In this document: positions 24,698 through 33,477 of the stretch, one piece after another
Layout: each line of letters starts with the position of its first letter
How positions within the stretch are numbered: the first letter of the stretch is position 1
From: Solirubrobacterales bacterium
GTDB taxonomy: Bacteria > Actinomycetota > Thermoleophilia > Solirubrobacterales > 70-9
DNA length: 64,000 bases
Direction: 5' to 3'
Assembly: GCA_047601885.1 (NCBI GenBank)
Contig: JASGIK010000003.1
Coordinates: 1,326,062-1,390,061 of the forward strand
Notes under the pieces: model-generated
What the model was told of the DNA's origin: nothing
What the model saw: only the letters and a program-made list of their open reading frames with translations
The model's database searches: none
Program-made: the position numbers and the translations under genes

Positions 24698-26620
24698 TCA
24701 AGCACCGACGGTCTGACGTAGCGGGCCCACCTGTCTTTTGACCTCTCGCAGCGTGTGATATCGGTCGGCCATGAAGGCTGCGGTGAGTGCAACCGGCGAG
24801 AGGGCATCGTCGAAGTTGGTCGCCGTCCAAGTCGACCCATTCTCTAGCTGACGCAACCCGTTGACCGCCTCTACCATCTTCTGCTCAACCCACTCCTGAG
24901 CGAAGGTCTCGATCTTCTTGGCGACGTCGTCGTCGCCGTCGGGATTCGCCCACTCGTTGATCGTCGCGAGGATCGCCTGATAGCCGCGGAAGTCGCGGTT
25001 CAGCAGGAGGATTCCGGCGGTGGCCCCGTCCTCGCCAGCGAGGGCAGCGGCGCGATCGTGGAGACCCTTTCCTTCTCCCTGGACGAGCGCGAAGGAGTCG
25101 GCCTCGGACTCACTCACCCATTGCGGTGAGATCTGGAGCAGAGAGAAGACCTCACTGGCCGCCTCGGCATCAGCGCCCTCGACCTGGGTGAGAACAGCTC
25201 CGATCCCACGCGTGGAACTGCTGTTGCGACGCCGGCCAGGACCGACACGCTTCTCGATCATCGATCCGTTGTTAGCCCCGGGACCAGCGACCGAAGGCCC
25301 GCTGGCGATGAGTTTCCCCTCACTGTCGCGTTTGAAGCGACGTGGTCGAAGGAGCTGCATCACGTCCTTCAGTCGGTCGCGGATGCGCCGCGCACGATCC
25401 GGATCCTCCACCTCGAGACGCGCCTGCTCCTCGGCCATCGTTTCCTTGATCTTCTCCGGCATAGCCTCGCGGAACTGCTCGGACCAAGTGAGCCACGCAT
25501 CCGACTCGAACACCGGGGTGCCACCGACCAGGACATGCGCACGAGCGAAGTCGGAGGCAATCGTCGTGCCAAGCGGCTCGACCACGAAGCCGATCCGGTT
25601 CTTGCCGAAGAGGACACCCATGCGGGCGAAGTAAGGGTTCGCCTGATTCGAAATTCGCCAATCGTGGAGCTCATTCTGGAAAAGAACGGCGACACTGCCG
25701 CCGCTCGCCGTCCGCGTTGACACATCGGTGCCAGGACCGCTCGGCAGAACCCACCAATGGATTCGCGCGGCCGGTATGTCCGCCGAGGGTTCGCCGGCTA
25801 CCTCAAGCGAGTCGTGGTAGTCCTCGCCTTGCCGGCTGGCGGCGTCGTCCCAGATCGCTGCAGTGCCACGGACCTTGGAGAGATTGAACGACTTGCCGCC
25901 TTCCTTGCGCTGGCGAGCGTCGGCCTCCTCCCGGCTTCGTGGCCAGTCGTCGGAGTCTCCGCTCGGCACCCGGACAAACGTCTCGACACCGTCCTCGGAG
26001 AGCCTGAAGAACCGCTGATGAAGGTACTTAAAGAGCCAGCCGCGCGCGCGGCCGCCGGGCAAGAAGGTGTCCTCCTCGTCATCGGTGCCGAGGAAGGTGA
26101 CCACCGTCCCAGAACCACGCTCGAGAATGAACTTCGGAAACAACTCCTCCTCGACGGGGACGACCTCCTCGCCGTTGGCTCCGAGCGGGATGAGGCCGTA
26201 CTCGTGACCGTTCCAGCCAACCTGGACCATGGTGCGCTCGCCGTTCTTGAGCGAGCGGATCAGAACCCCATTCTTGTGGCGGGTTGGACCCGCGATCTTC
26301 AGGCCCATCCCTTGGTTGCCGACGATCGACTGGTTCTGATTGGCGCCCTGCACTGCCAGGGTGGTCATGTAGCGGGTCAGCTCCGAGCGCGACATCCCGT
26401 CCCCGTCATCGGCGCAGGAGATGAACCACTTCCCCGTGCGCTCATGCATTGGCCAGTCGACGTCGAACTCGATCCTGCCGGTCGAACCCAAATCTTCTGC
26501 CGTTATTCGACGGCCAACAGCCTCTTCGGCGTTCTTATAAACCTCGCGCTGCTCCTGGTCGGGCAAGAGCTCCGAAGCGAGCTTGTCCGCGATGAAATCC
26601 GCGTTCTCGACGCGAAACAT
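24698..26620 (-). CDS. MORC-like GHKL (Bergerat-fold) ATPase with about 400-aa uncharacterised C-terminal region
   Basis: N-box YKNAEEAV, G1 box CADDGDGMS, G2 box GNQGMGLKIAG, then GSGTVVTF. AAGGAG lies 8 nt upstream of the ATG at 26620. Confidence 0.75.
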   Translation of the reverse strand: MFRVENADFIADKLASELLPDQEQREVYKNAEEAVGRRITAEDLGSTGRIEFDVDWPMHERTGKWFISCADDGDGMSRSELTRYMTTLAVQGANQNQSIVGNQGMGLKIAGPTRHKNGVLIRSLKNGERTMVQVGWNGHEYGLIPLGANGEEVVPVEEELFPKFILERGSGTVVTFLGTDDEEDTFLPGGRARGWLFKYLHQRFFRLSEDGVETFVRVPSGDSDDWPRSREEADARQRKEGGKSFNLSKVRGTAAIWDDAASRQGEDYHDSLEVAGEPSADIPAARIHWWVLPSGPGTDVSTRTASGGSVAVLFQNELHDWRISNQANPYFARMGVLFGKNRIGFVVEPLGTTIASDFARAHVLVGGTPVFESDAWLTWSEQFREAMPEKIKETMAEEQARLEVEDPDRARRIRDRLKDVMQLLRPRRFKRDSEGKLIASGPSVAGPGANNGSMIEKRVGPGRRRNSSSTRGIGAVLTQVEGADAEAASEVFSLLQISPQWVSESEADSFALVQGEGKGLHDRAAALAGEDGATAGILLLNRDFRGYQAILATINEWANPDGDDDVAKKIETFAQEWVEQKMVEAVNGLRQLENGSTWTATNFDDALSPVALTAAFMADRYHTLREVKRQVGPLRQTVGA

Positions 26621-26864
26621 ATAGGCATCTCCTTTGTGTGCGGCCGCGATGGCCGGTGACATCGGTGTTCCGCTTCGGGATTCGGGAGGAGGACTGACGT
26701 CGTGCTCCTTTATCCGTCGACTTACTGGAACTCTATTGCATGGACCTGAGGTCCCGGCACCCTTTCTCGATGCTTTTTGGGTAGACCGTCACGCCTCTCG
26801 TCACCATTTCAGGCTTGTTCGTAACAGTCGAGGGACGAATATGCCCTCATGGCTAGTCCCCGCA

Positions 26865-27958
26865 TTAGCCAATGGAGGCTCGAATTTGCTCGGCTCCGAC
26901 GTCAAGTGCGTGCACATATCGTGCCAACATCGTCTCGACTCTGTGACCGGCAATCTTGGCCAGATCGGCGTCATTGACGCCGGCGGCGCGAAGGTTGCTC
27001 ACGTAGGAGTGGCGGCACTCGTGTGGGGGCGGATGTCCAGGCCGGAGGCCTCCTGGGTCGGCTTCCAGACGTCGCGGTAGAAGGTCCGCTCCCGCCACAT
27101 GCGGCCGCGCGGCGTCGTGAAGATCAGCTCGCTGTCGGGGCCGTTGAGGTTGATCTGCGCTTCGAGCATCCAGGCGAGCGTGGCGGGAACAGGGACGACG
27201 CGGCCGGTATCCTCCTCGCCATGGTCGGTCTTGGTGCCCTCGAGGATCTGGCCCTCGTGCGCAGTGCGGCGGACCTGGAGGGTCTGGCCGTCGAAGTCCT
27301 CCAGTCGTAGAGGCAGCACCTCGCCCAATCTCAAACCGGTGTCGGTGAAGGTCCGCACCAGCGCCTCGTAGCGACCTGCCGCCTTCGCGAAGCGGTGCAT
27401 CTCCTCGAAGCTGAAGACGCGGATCGGGCGGCGCCGCTTCTGCGCCCTTGGATCGTTGGCGCGGATGCGGACGCCCTTGAACGGGTTGAGGTCGCAGACT
27501 TCGTCGGTGATCGCGTCCTCGGCCATCGCCGAGAGCGAGCGGAGGATGCCGACGGCGCCGGTGGTTGCCCGACCTTCGGTCCTCAGCATGTGGTCGACGA
27601 GCACCAGGGCGTGGCACCGGCGCAACTCGCGCATCGGCCAGTCCTTCAGCGGGATGCCCTCGACCTCTACGTCGGTCAGACGACTGATCCGATGCTCGTT
27701 AGTTGCGTTGGTCCGTTCCGATCGTGGGTGGCGCTCGGTCCAGGTGTTGAAATAGTCGCCGACGGTGTCCGGCCGATCGGAGAGTCCGCAGGCCTCGTCG
27801 ATGGCACGCTGAGCGTCTGCCTTACGGAGAAAGGTCCCTTTGCCGCGGTTCCAGGTCGGCTTGGCGACATGGCGCTTCCCGTCCCGGCCCGCGTGGCGCG
27901 CGATCCAGACGGTCTGGCCCGATGGATTGCGGCGTTTGGTCGGCGACTCGCGCCTCAT
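26865..27958 (-). pseudogene. tyrosine recombinase/integrase, frameshifted just before the catalytic RH...Y box
   Basis: Frame A ends ...SGLDIRPHTSAATPT*. Frame B continues PHECRHSYVSNLRAAGVNDADLAKIAGHRVETMLARYVH. The shift is at cacac (27018-27029). The first catalytic Arg context, TGLRLGEV, is present. Confidence 0.8.
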
Positions 27959-28149
27959 ACCGTCTCGTCCCGGTGCCTCGCGAGGAAGTCCTCGACGTCG
28001 GCGGGGTCGATGCGACGGGCAGCGCCTAGCTTGTAGCTGGGAAGCTCGCCGCGGCGGATCCAGTTGCGGATCGTCCGATCCGAAACGGCGAGGTAGGTGG
28101 CGAGGCTGCGCTCGGTGAAGAAAGCGAGCAGGGTGAATTTCCGTTCCAT
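27955..28149 (-). CDS. excisionase/MerR-like helix-turn-helix DNA-binding protein
   Basis: 64 aa. LAVSDRTIRNWIRRGELPSYKLGAARRIDPADVEDFL. ATGA overlap with the integrase start. Confidence 0.7.
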   Translation of the reverse strand: MERKFTLLAFFTERSLATYLAVSDRTIRNWIRRGELPSYKLGAARRIDPADVEDFLARHRDETV

Positions 28150-29056
28150 GCCCCTGTTGTCAATCGAGAGGGCGAAATGGCTCGGATTGATTTCAGATCG
28201 GCCGAAACTAGCGGTAACGAGACCGAAGGTCAGACCTCTCCCGGCCCCTCCTAACGGCGGCCTGCACACGGCGAAGCCGTGCCAGAATCGGCCGCCCGGA
28301 GGGGCGGTCGGAGCGGTGCAGATGGCCCTTCGTACCTTGACAACCTTCCCAACCGACAAGGGGCGGCCCAGGCACGGAACCGGAGGGTTCGTAGTTTGTC
28401 GGGTGTCGAGGTCAGTGGTGAGGAGAGGCCGGTGGTGGGGCGCCTGCGGCTGTCTCGTGAGTGGGGTCTCCGGTGAAGGGATGGTGCTGGCGAGGAGTGC
28501 CCATCGGTGATGACGGGTCGGGTGACGAGTCCGTCGGGAGAGTGGGCGAGGTGGTCGGGCAGGATGTCGACGGCGGGAGGTGATCGCGATTCGTTCCAGC
28601 CCGCATCGGTCGCCTCCGACGTCTGCGCCGTCGTCGGACTGCAAGCTAAGGGCCGCGAGAGCAAATGGCTTCCCGCAGACCTCCTCGGTCTCCGGCCTCA
28701 CATGAGGCTTGGGGGCGGTCGTGGCGCCCTTGGCTGTGGCGGCGACGTGCGGTTCCCCGCCGCCGGTCCCGAGCCAGCGGATCACAGAGGGAGCCGCCGG
28801 CCTGCCAAAGCCGACCTCGTCGCCGATTCTCGGGTCCGTCGGCGTTCCCGACTCGCGATGAGATACCCAATTCATTTCCTCCGAAGAGCGTCCGCGCACA
28901 CCATCGAGACCCGGCCCGATGAGACCAAGATGTGGCCACCATCTCCCGGAACGCCCCGGAACCGGCCGGAAACCGACGGAACGCTCCTCCCGGTCGACTA
29001 CCGAAGGTTTGGCTCTGCAATGGGCCATCCCCGGCACCGCCCGGAACTACGAGGAA

Positions 29057-29152
29057 TGCGCCCGACCAGATTCGAACTGGCGACCTTCGGCTTGAAAGAC
29101 CGACGCTCTTTGGGCCCCCGGAGGGACCCGTTGACCACTGAGCTACGGGCGC
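29057..29152 (-). tRNA. tRNA-like gene, anticodon loop CTTTCAA (UUC, Glu by anticodon), with about 20-nt hairpin insertion in the D-loop
   Basis: Hand fold: acceptor GCGCCCG/CGGGCGC, D-stem GCTC/GAGC, anticodon stem TCGGT/GCCGA, T-arm GCCAG-TTCGAAT-CTGGT, discriminator A. The D-loop holds an extra GGGTCCC-TCCG-GGGGCCC hairpin, giving 96 nt total. Confidence 0.55.
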
Positions 29153-29245
29153 TCGACGCGGAACGATAGCTGCGCAGGGGGGTTTGAGCGTTGCGGGGGT
29201 CGGGAGTGCGACGGGGCGGGGATTGTTGAGCGGTACGGTTGGGAA

Positions 29246-29968
29246 ATGAGCGTGGCCATCGAGGGCAGCGGAAAGGGGCGGACCGCCGATCCCTGGCGGG
29301 ATACGGAGGTGATCGACGCGCGGGCTCCGCGGTTCAACCAGACCGTGGTCGGGATCTTCGCGCTGGCCGGGGCGCTGCTCGGGTGGCCGGTGCTCTGGGC
29401 GCTGATGGCGGTGCAGCTGGCGCTGGGGCTGACGATGGGTCGCCGGTGGTGCCTGTCGTGCCGGATCTATTACGAATTCATCCAGCCGCGGATCGGCGAG
29501 GGGCCGCTGGAGGACTCGCGGCCGCCGCGGCTCGCCAACGTGATGGGGATGGCGTTTCTCGGGGCCGCCGCGGTGGCCTGGTGGGCCGGGCTCTCGACGG
29601 TGGGGACCGTTCTCGGCGCGATGGTCGCGGCCCTGGCGCTGCTCGCCGCCCTCACCAACTTCTGCACCGGCTGCGAGATCTACAAGCTCTCCGCCCGCCT
29701 GCGCGGCATCTCCCCCCGCCACCACGACCGGATCGACACCGACGACCTCCCCACGACCACCGGAGAGAAGGTCTTCGTCGAGTTCACCCACCCGCTCTGC
29801 TCGGAGTGCCAGGAGTGGGAGCGGCGGCTCGACGGCGAACCCGAGCCGCTGGTCAAGCTCGACGTGCGCGAACGCCCCGACCTCGCCCGCAAGTACGGCA
29901 TCGCCGTCGTCCCCACGGTCCTCGCGGTGGCCGCCGACGGCGAGGTGCTCGAGCGCCTGGCGCCATGA
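29246..29968 (+). CDS. membrane DUF4395-like domain fused to thioredoxin-like domain
   Basis: Several hydrophobic helices with CLSC and CTGC pairs, then C-terminal FTHPLCSECQ...VVPTVL, a thioredoxin-fold pattern. Confidence 0.6.
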   Translation: MSVAIEGSGKGRTADPWRDTEVIDARAPRFNQTVVGIFALAGALLGWPVLWALMAVQLALGLTMGRRWCLSCRIYYEFIQPRIGEGPLEDSRPPRLANVMGMAFLGAAAVAWWAGLSTVGTVLGAMVAALALLAALTNFCTGCEIYKLSARLRGISPRHHDRIDTDDLPTTTGEKVFVEFTHPLCSECQEWERRLDGEPEPLVKLDVRERPDLARKYGIAVVPTVLAVAADGEVLERLAP

Positions 29969-30010
29969 GCGTCGCCGGGCCGACGGCGCCCGCCCCATAG
30001 GCTCCCGCCC

Positions 30011-30763
30011 ATGGACCTCGGCATCGACGGACGCGTCGCCCTCGTCATGGGCGCCTCCAAGGGACTCGGCAAGGGCATCGCCGCCGGGCTCGCCCGCGAG
30101 GGGGCCAAGGTGGCGATCGCCAGCCGCAGCCGCGAGCGGCTCGACGCCACGGTCGAAGAGCTCGACGGGCACGTCACCCCCTTCGTCGCCGACGCCGGTG
30201 ACCTCGACCGGCTCGCCGACCTCCCCGGCGAGGTCGCGGCCGAACTCGGCCCGATCGACATCCTCGTCGCCAACACCGGCGGGCCGCCGCCGGGCGGACC
30301 GCTCGACAACCCGATCGAGGAGTGGGAGGCGGCCTACCGCTCGCTGGTGCTCGGGGTGCGGGTCCTGGTCGAAGGCGTCCTCCCCGGCATGAGGGAGCGC
30401 GGCTGGGGACGGATCGTCAACGTCGGCTCCAACTCGACCGTCGAGCCGGTCCCCACCCTCGCCATCTCCAACTCGGTCCGCCAGGCCGCGGTCGGCTTCC
30501 TGAAGACGCTGTCGCGGGAGGTCGCCGCCGACGGGATCACGATCAACACGATCGTCACCGGCAAATTCGCCACCGACCGGCTCGCCGCCAACGAGGGCTC
30601 GATGGAGAACGCGGAACGCAGCGCCCGCGAAACGGTGCCCGCCGGCCGCCTCGGCACCCCGGAGGAGTTCGGCGACCTCGTCGCCTTCCTCGCCTCCGAC
30701 CGCGCCGCCTACATCACCGGCACGACGATCCCCATAGATGGCGGACTATTGAGATCGATCTGA
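30011..30763 (+). CDS. short-chain dehydrogenase/reductase
   Basis: VMGASKGLGKG Rossmann motif; about 250 aa; SDR layout. Confidence 0.8.
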   Translation: MDLGIDGRVALVMGASKGLGKGIAAGLAREGAKVAIASRSRERLDATVEELDGHVTPFVADAGDLDRLADLPGEVAAELGPIDILVANTGGPPPGGPLDNPIEEWEAAYRSLVLGVRVLVEGVLPGMRERGWGRIVNVGSNSTVEPVPTLAISNSVRQAAVGFLKTLSREVAADGITINTIVTGKFATDRLAANEGSMENAERSARETVPAGRLGTPEEFGDLVAFLASDRAAYITGTTIPIDGGLLRSI

Positions 30764-30849
30764 GGCCGTAGAACCAAGCGATGGCGTGCCGGCGGCGGAG
30801 CGGCAGTGCTTTTGCACGACGCGGAGCCGACGGTGCGGCAGCGCGCCGG

Positions 30850-32415
30850 TTATACGGCCTCAGACCGCTCGCGCATCGCCGGGTAGATGATCACGTCGCG
30901 GAGGGTCTTCGCCCCGGTCATGATCATCAGCAGGCGGTCGATCCCGAGGCCGACGCCGCTCGCCGGCGGCATCCCGTATTCCAGCGCCCGCACGAACTCG
31001 AGGTCGGTCGGGTGCGGATCCTCCTCCGCCCCGCTCTCCTGGCGTTCGCGCTGGCCGACGAACCGTTCGCGCTGTTCGACCGGGTCGTTGATGTCGGTCC
31101 CGCCGCCGAGGATCTCGAGCCCGGCGACGATCCCGTCGAACGCCTCGCACACCTTCGGGTCGGCGGGGTGCTTCTTGACCAGCGGCCAGATGTCGATCGG
31201 CAGCACGGTGATGAAGGTCGGCTGGATCAGCTTCGGCTCGACCACCTTGCCCTGCAGGGTGTCGACCAGGCCGGCCCAGTCGTCGTCGGGGCCGGCGTCC
31301 TCGCCGACCACCTCGGCCAGCTCGTCGCGGCTCGCCGCGTAGATGTCGACGCCGGTCTCCTTGAGGATCTCGTCGCGCAGCACGACCCGCGGCCAGGGCG
31401 CCTTGAAGTCGATCTCGACCCCGTCGCGCTCGACCACGGTCGTCCCCATCACCTTCTCGACCACGGTCGAGACGAGGTTCTCCTGGAACTCCATCACGCC
31501 GATCCAGTCGGCCCCGCCGACGAACATCTCGAGCATCGTGAACTCGGGGTTGTGGTTCGGCGACATCCCCTCGTTGCGGAAGAACTTGCCGAACTCGTAG
31601 ACGTCCTCGAAGCCGCCGACGATCGCCCGCTTCAGGTAGAGCTCGGTCGCCGTCCGCAGGAAGAGGTCGCGATCGAGCGCGTTGTGGTGGGTGACGAACG
31701 GCCGCGCCGCGGCGCCGCCGGTGAGCCGCTGCAGGATCGGCGTTTCCAACTCGACCCAGCCGTGCTCGTGCATGTAGTCGCGGATCGCGAAGGTCAGCTC
31801 GGAGCGCTTCTTGAAGATCTCCCGTGACGATTCGTTGGCGATCAGGTCCAGCTCCCGTTGCCGGTAGCGCACCTCCGGGTCTTTGATCCCGTGGAAGAGG
31901 TCGGGCGGGTCCTTCAGCGCCGGTGCCAGCAGCGTGCAGGTGTCGACGCTGACCGCGAGCTCGCCCCGTTTGGTCACGTAGAGGACGCCCTCGACGCCGA
32001 CGATGTCGGCCAGGTCGAGCGCTTCGATCCGCTCGAAGGCCTCCTCGCCGAGCTTGTCGCGGCGGGCGAACGCCTGGACCTGGCCGCTGACGTCGCGGAT
32101 GTCGAAGAAGACGACTTTGCCGTGGCCGCGCTTGCCGGTCACCCGGCCCATCACCCGGTAGCGGAACTCCGGGTGCTCGCCCTCCTCCAGCGCCGCCGGA
32201 TCGTGCGCGGCGAGGATGTCGGCGGCGTGGTCGCGCGGCAGGAAGCTGTGCGGGTAAGGGTTGATCCCTTCCTCGCGCAGCCGCTCCACCTTGGCGCGGC
32301 GCTTCGCCTCGCTCGCGCCGGAGGTGTCGGCGGAGCGGTCGCCGGCGGCGACCCGCTCCTCGTTCGTCGCGCCGGCCTCGTCGGCCGCCGGTCCGCCCGC
32401 AAGCTCGTCCGTCAC
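30850..32415 (-). CDS. lysS: lysine--tRNA ligase (class II)
   Basis: OB-fold N-terminal domain; RYRQRELDL, GGAAARPF, FRNEGMSPNHNPEFTMLE, GLGIDRLLM. GTG at 32415 overlaps the prmC stop. Confidence 0.92.
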   Translation of the reverse strand: MTDELAGGPAADEAGATNEERVAAGDRSADTSGASEAKRRAKVERLREEGINPYPHSFLPRDHAADILAAHDPAALEEGEHPEFRYRVMGRVTGKRGHGKVVFFDIRDVSGQVQAFARRDKLGEEAFERIEALDLADIVGVEGVLYVTKRGELAVSVDTCTLLAPALKDPPDLFHGIKDPEVRYRQRELDLIANESSREIFKKRSELTFAIRDYMHEHGWVELETPILQRLTGGAAARPFVTHHNALDRDLFLRTATELYLKRAIVGGFEDVYEFGKFFRNEGMSPNHNPEFTMLEMFVGGADWIGVMEFQENLVSTVVEKVMGTTVVERDGVEIDFKAPWPRVVLRDEILKETGVDIYAASRDELAEVVGEDAGPDDDWAGLVDTLQGKVVEPKLIQPTFITVLPIDIWPLVKKHPADPKVCEAFDGIVAGLEILGGGTDINDPVEQRERFVGQRERQESGAEEDPHPTDLEFVRALEYGMPPASGVGLGIDRLLMIMTGAKTLRDVIIYPAMRERSEAV

Positions 32416-33248
32416 GGCGCCAGGCCGACGCTGACCCGCTCGTTGCCCTCGTAGTCGCGCAGCGTTTCCGCCTCGTCCAGCAGTTCCTGCATCGCCGGGC
32501 CGTGATGGGTGTCGTGCTCGAGGGCCATCCGCGTGCCCGACGGCGTTTCCGCGATCAGCCCGCGGATCACGCCGAGGCCGTCCGGGCCGCAGTCGGCGGT
32601 GATCGCGATCAGCGGCTCGGCGTGGATCTCCGGCGTGCGCTGGTCGATCGTCTCGTCGCTGATGTACGGCAGGTTGGCGATCACCAGGTCGACGTCGCCG
32701 AGGTCGTCAGGCAGGCCGCGGGCGACCCGCACGTCGAGGTCGAGCCCCAGCCGCTCGGCGTTCTCACGCGCGGCTTCGACCGCTTCCTCGGAGAGGTCCG
32801 AGGCGGTGATGACGAGGTCCGGCCGCTCCGACATCAGCGCCAGCGCGATCGCGCCGGAGCCGGTGCCGACCTCGTGGACGCGGGCGCCCTGCGGCAGCTG
32901 CGCCCCCACCTCGACCAGCAGCTCGGTCTCCTTGCGCGGCCACAGCACGCGCCCGTCGACGGCGATCTCCAGGTCGCGGAACGGCGCCTTGCCGAGCACG
33001 TAGGCGAGCGGCTGGCGTTCCACGCGCAGCTTCACCTTCGCCTCGATGTCGGCGGCGGCCTCGGCGGAGACGGCGACGTCGTCGCCGAGCTCCTCGGGTT
33101 TCACACCGAGCACGTCCGCGATGATCGCTTCAGCGTCCTCGCGCGAGGTATCGATCCCCGCCGCGGCGAGGCGCTCCGCCGCATCGTCGACCAGCGCGCT
33201 CACGACGCGCGCCGAAGGGTCCTGCTGCTCAGTGTCTACGGGCGACAT
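32412..33248 (-). CDS. prmC: release-factor glutamine N5-methyltransferase (PrmC/HemK family)
   Basis: VHEVGTGSGAIAL SAM motif; catalytic tetrapeptide present as NLPY instead of NPPY. Start uncertain (33248 or 33281). Confidence 0.75.
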   Translation of the reverse strand: MSPVDTEQQDPSARVVSALVDDAAERLAAAGIDTSREDAEAIIADVLGVKPEELGDDVAVSAEAAADIEAKVKLRVERQPLAYVLGKAPFRDLEIAVDGRVLWPRKETELLVEVGAQLPQGARVHEVGTGSGAIALALMSERPDLVITASDLSEEAVEAARENAERLGLDLDVRVARGLPDDLGDVDLVIANLPYISDETIDQRTPEIHAEPLIAITADCGPDGLGVIRGLIAETPSGTRMALEHDTHHGPAMQELLDEAETLRDYEGNERVSVGLAP

Positions 33249-33431
33249 TCCGCCATTTCCTCTCGTGGTTGACCGCTCCAAAACTCTTGCGTATGCCTCA
33301 ATGGTACCGGGATTCCGCTCAAACAGCGGGTTTCCGCCTCAGACGGCCGGCTGCAGGGCATCTCGAGACTCGTTCGCCGTCGGCGGGCCGATGCCTCCGC
33401 GGCGGTCAACGAGGATAGCGAGATGCAATTC

Positions 33432-33471
33432 GGGGGAGCCCTCCCCCGTCAATGCGGGGGAACCGTCCCCC
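33432..33471 (-). terminator. two tandem GGGGGA-N4-TCCCCC hairpins just downstream of argF
   Basis: gggggagccctccccc (33432-33447) and gggggaaccgtccccc (33456-33471), beginning 7 nt past the argF stop. Confidence 0.5.
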
Positions 33472-33477
33472 GTCCTG

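Larger units (their letters stand above)
17403..29092. mobile_element. composite integrated genomic island (two tandem modules) at a tRNA-like gene
   Basis: A 42-nt perfect direct repeat, gaggaatgcgcccgaccagattcgaactggcgaccttcggct, occurs at 17403-17444 and 29051-29092. xis-int lie next to the tRNA end. GC is visibly lower and the cargo is defence-type. Confidence 0.75.

Noticed and set aside
27955-29037. 360-aa minus-strand ORF upstream of and including the excisionase.
   Set aside because: Only the last 64 aa (from MERKF...) look like a real helix-turn-helix protein. The rest is Pro/Arg/Thr-rich with no motif and runs up to the tRNA-like gene.
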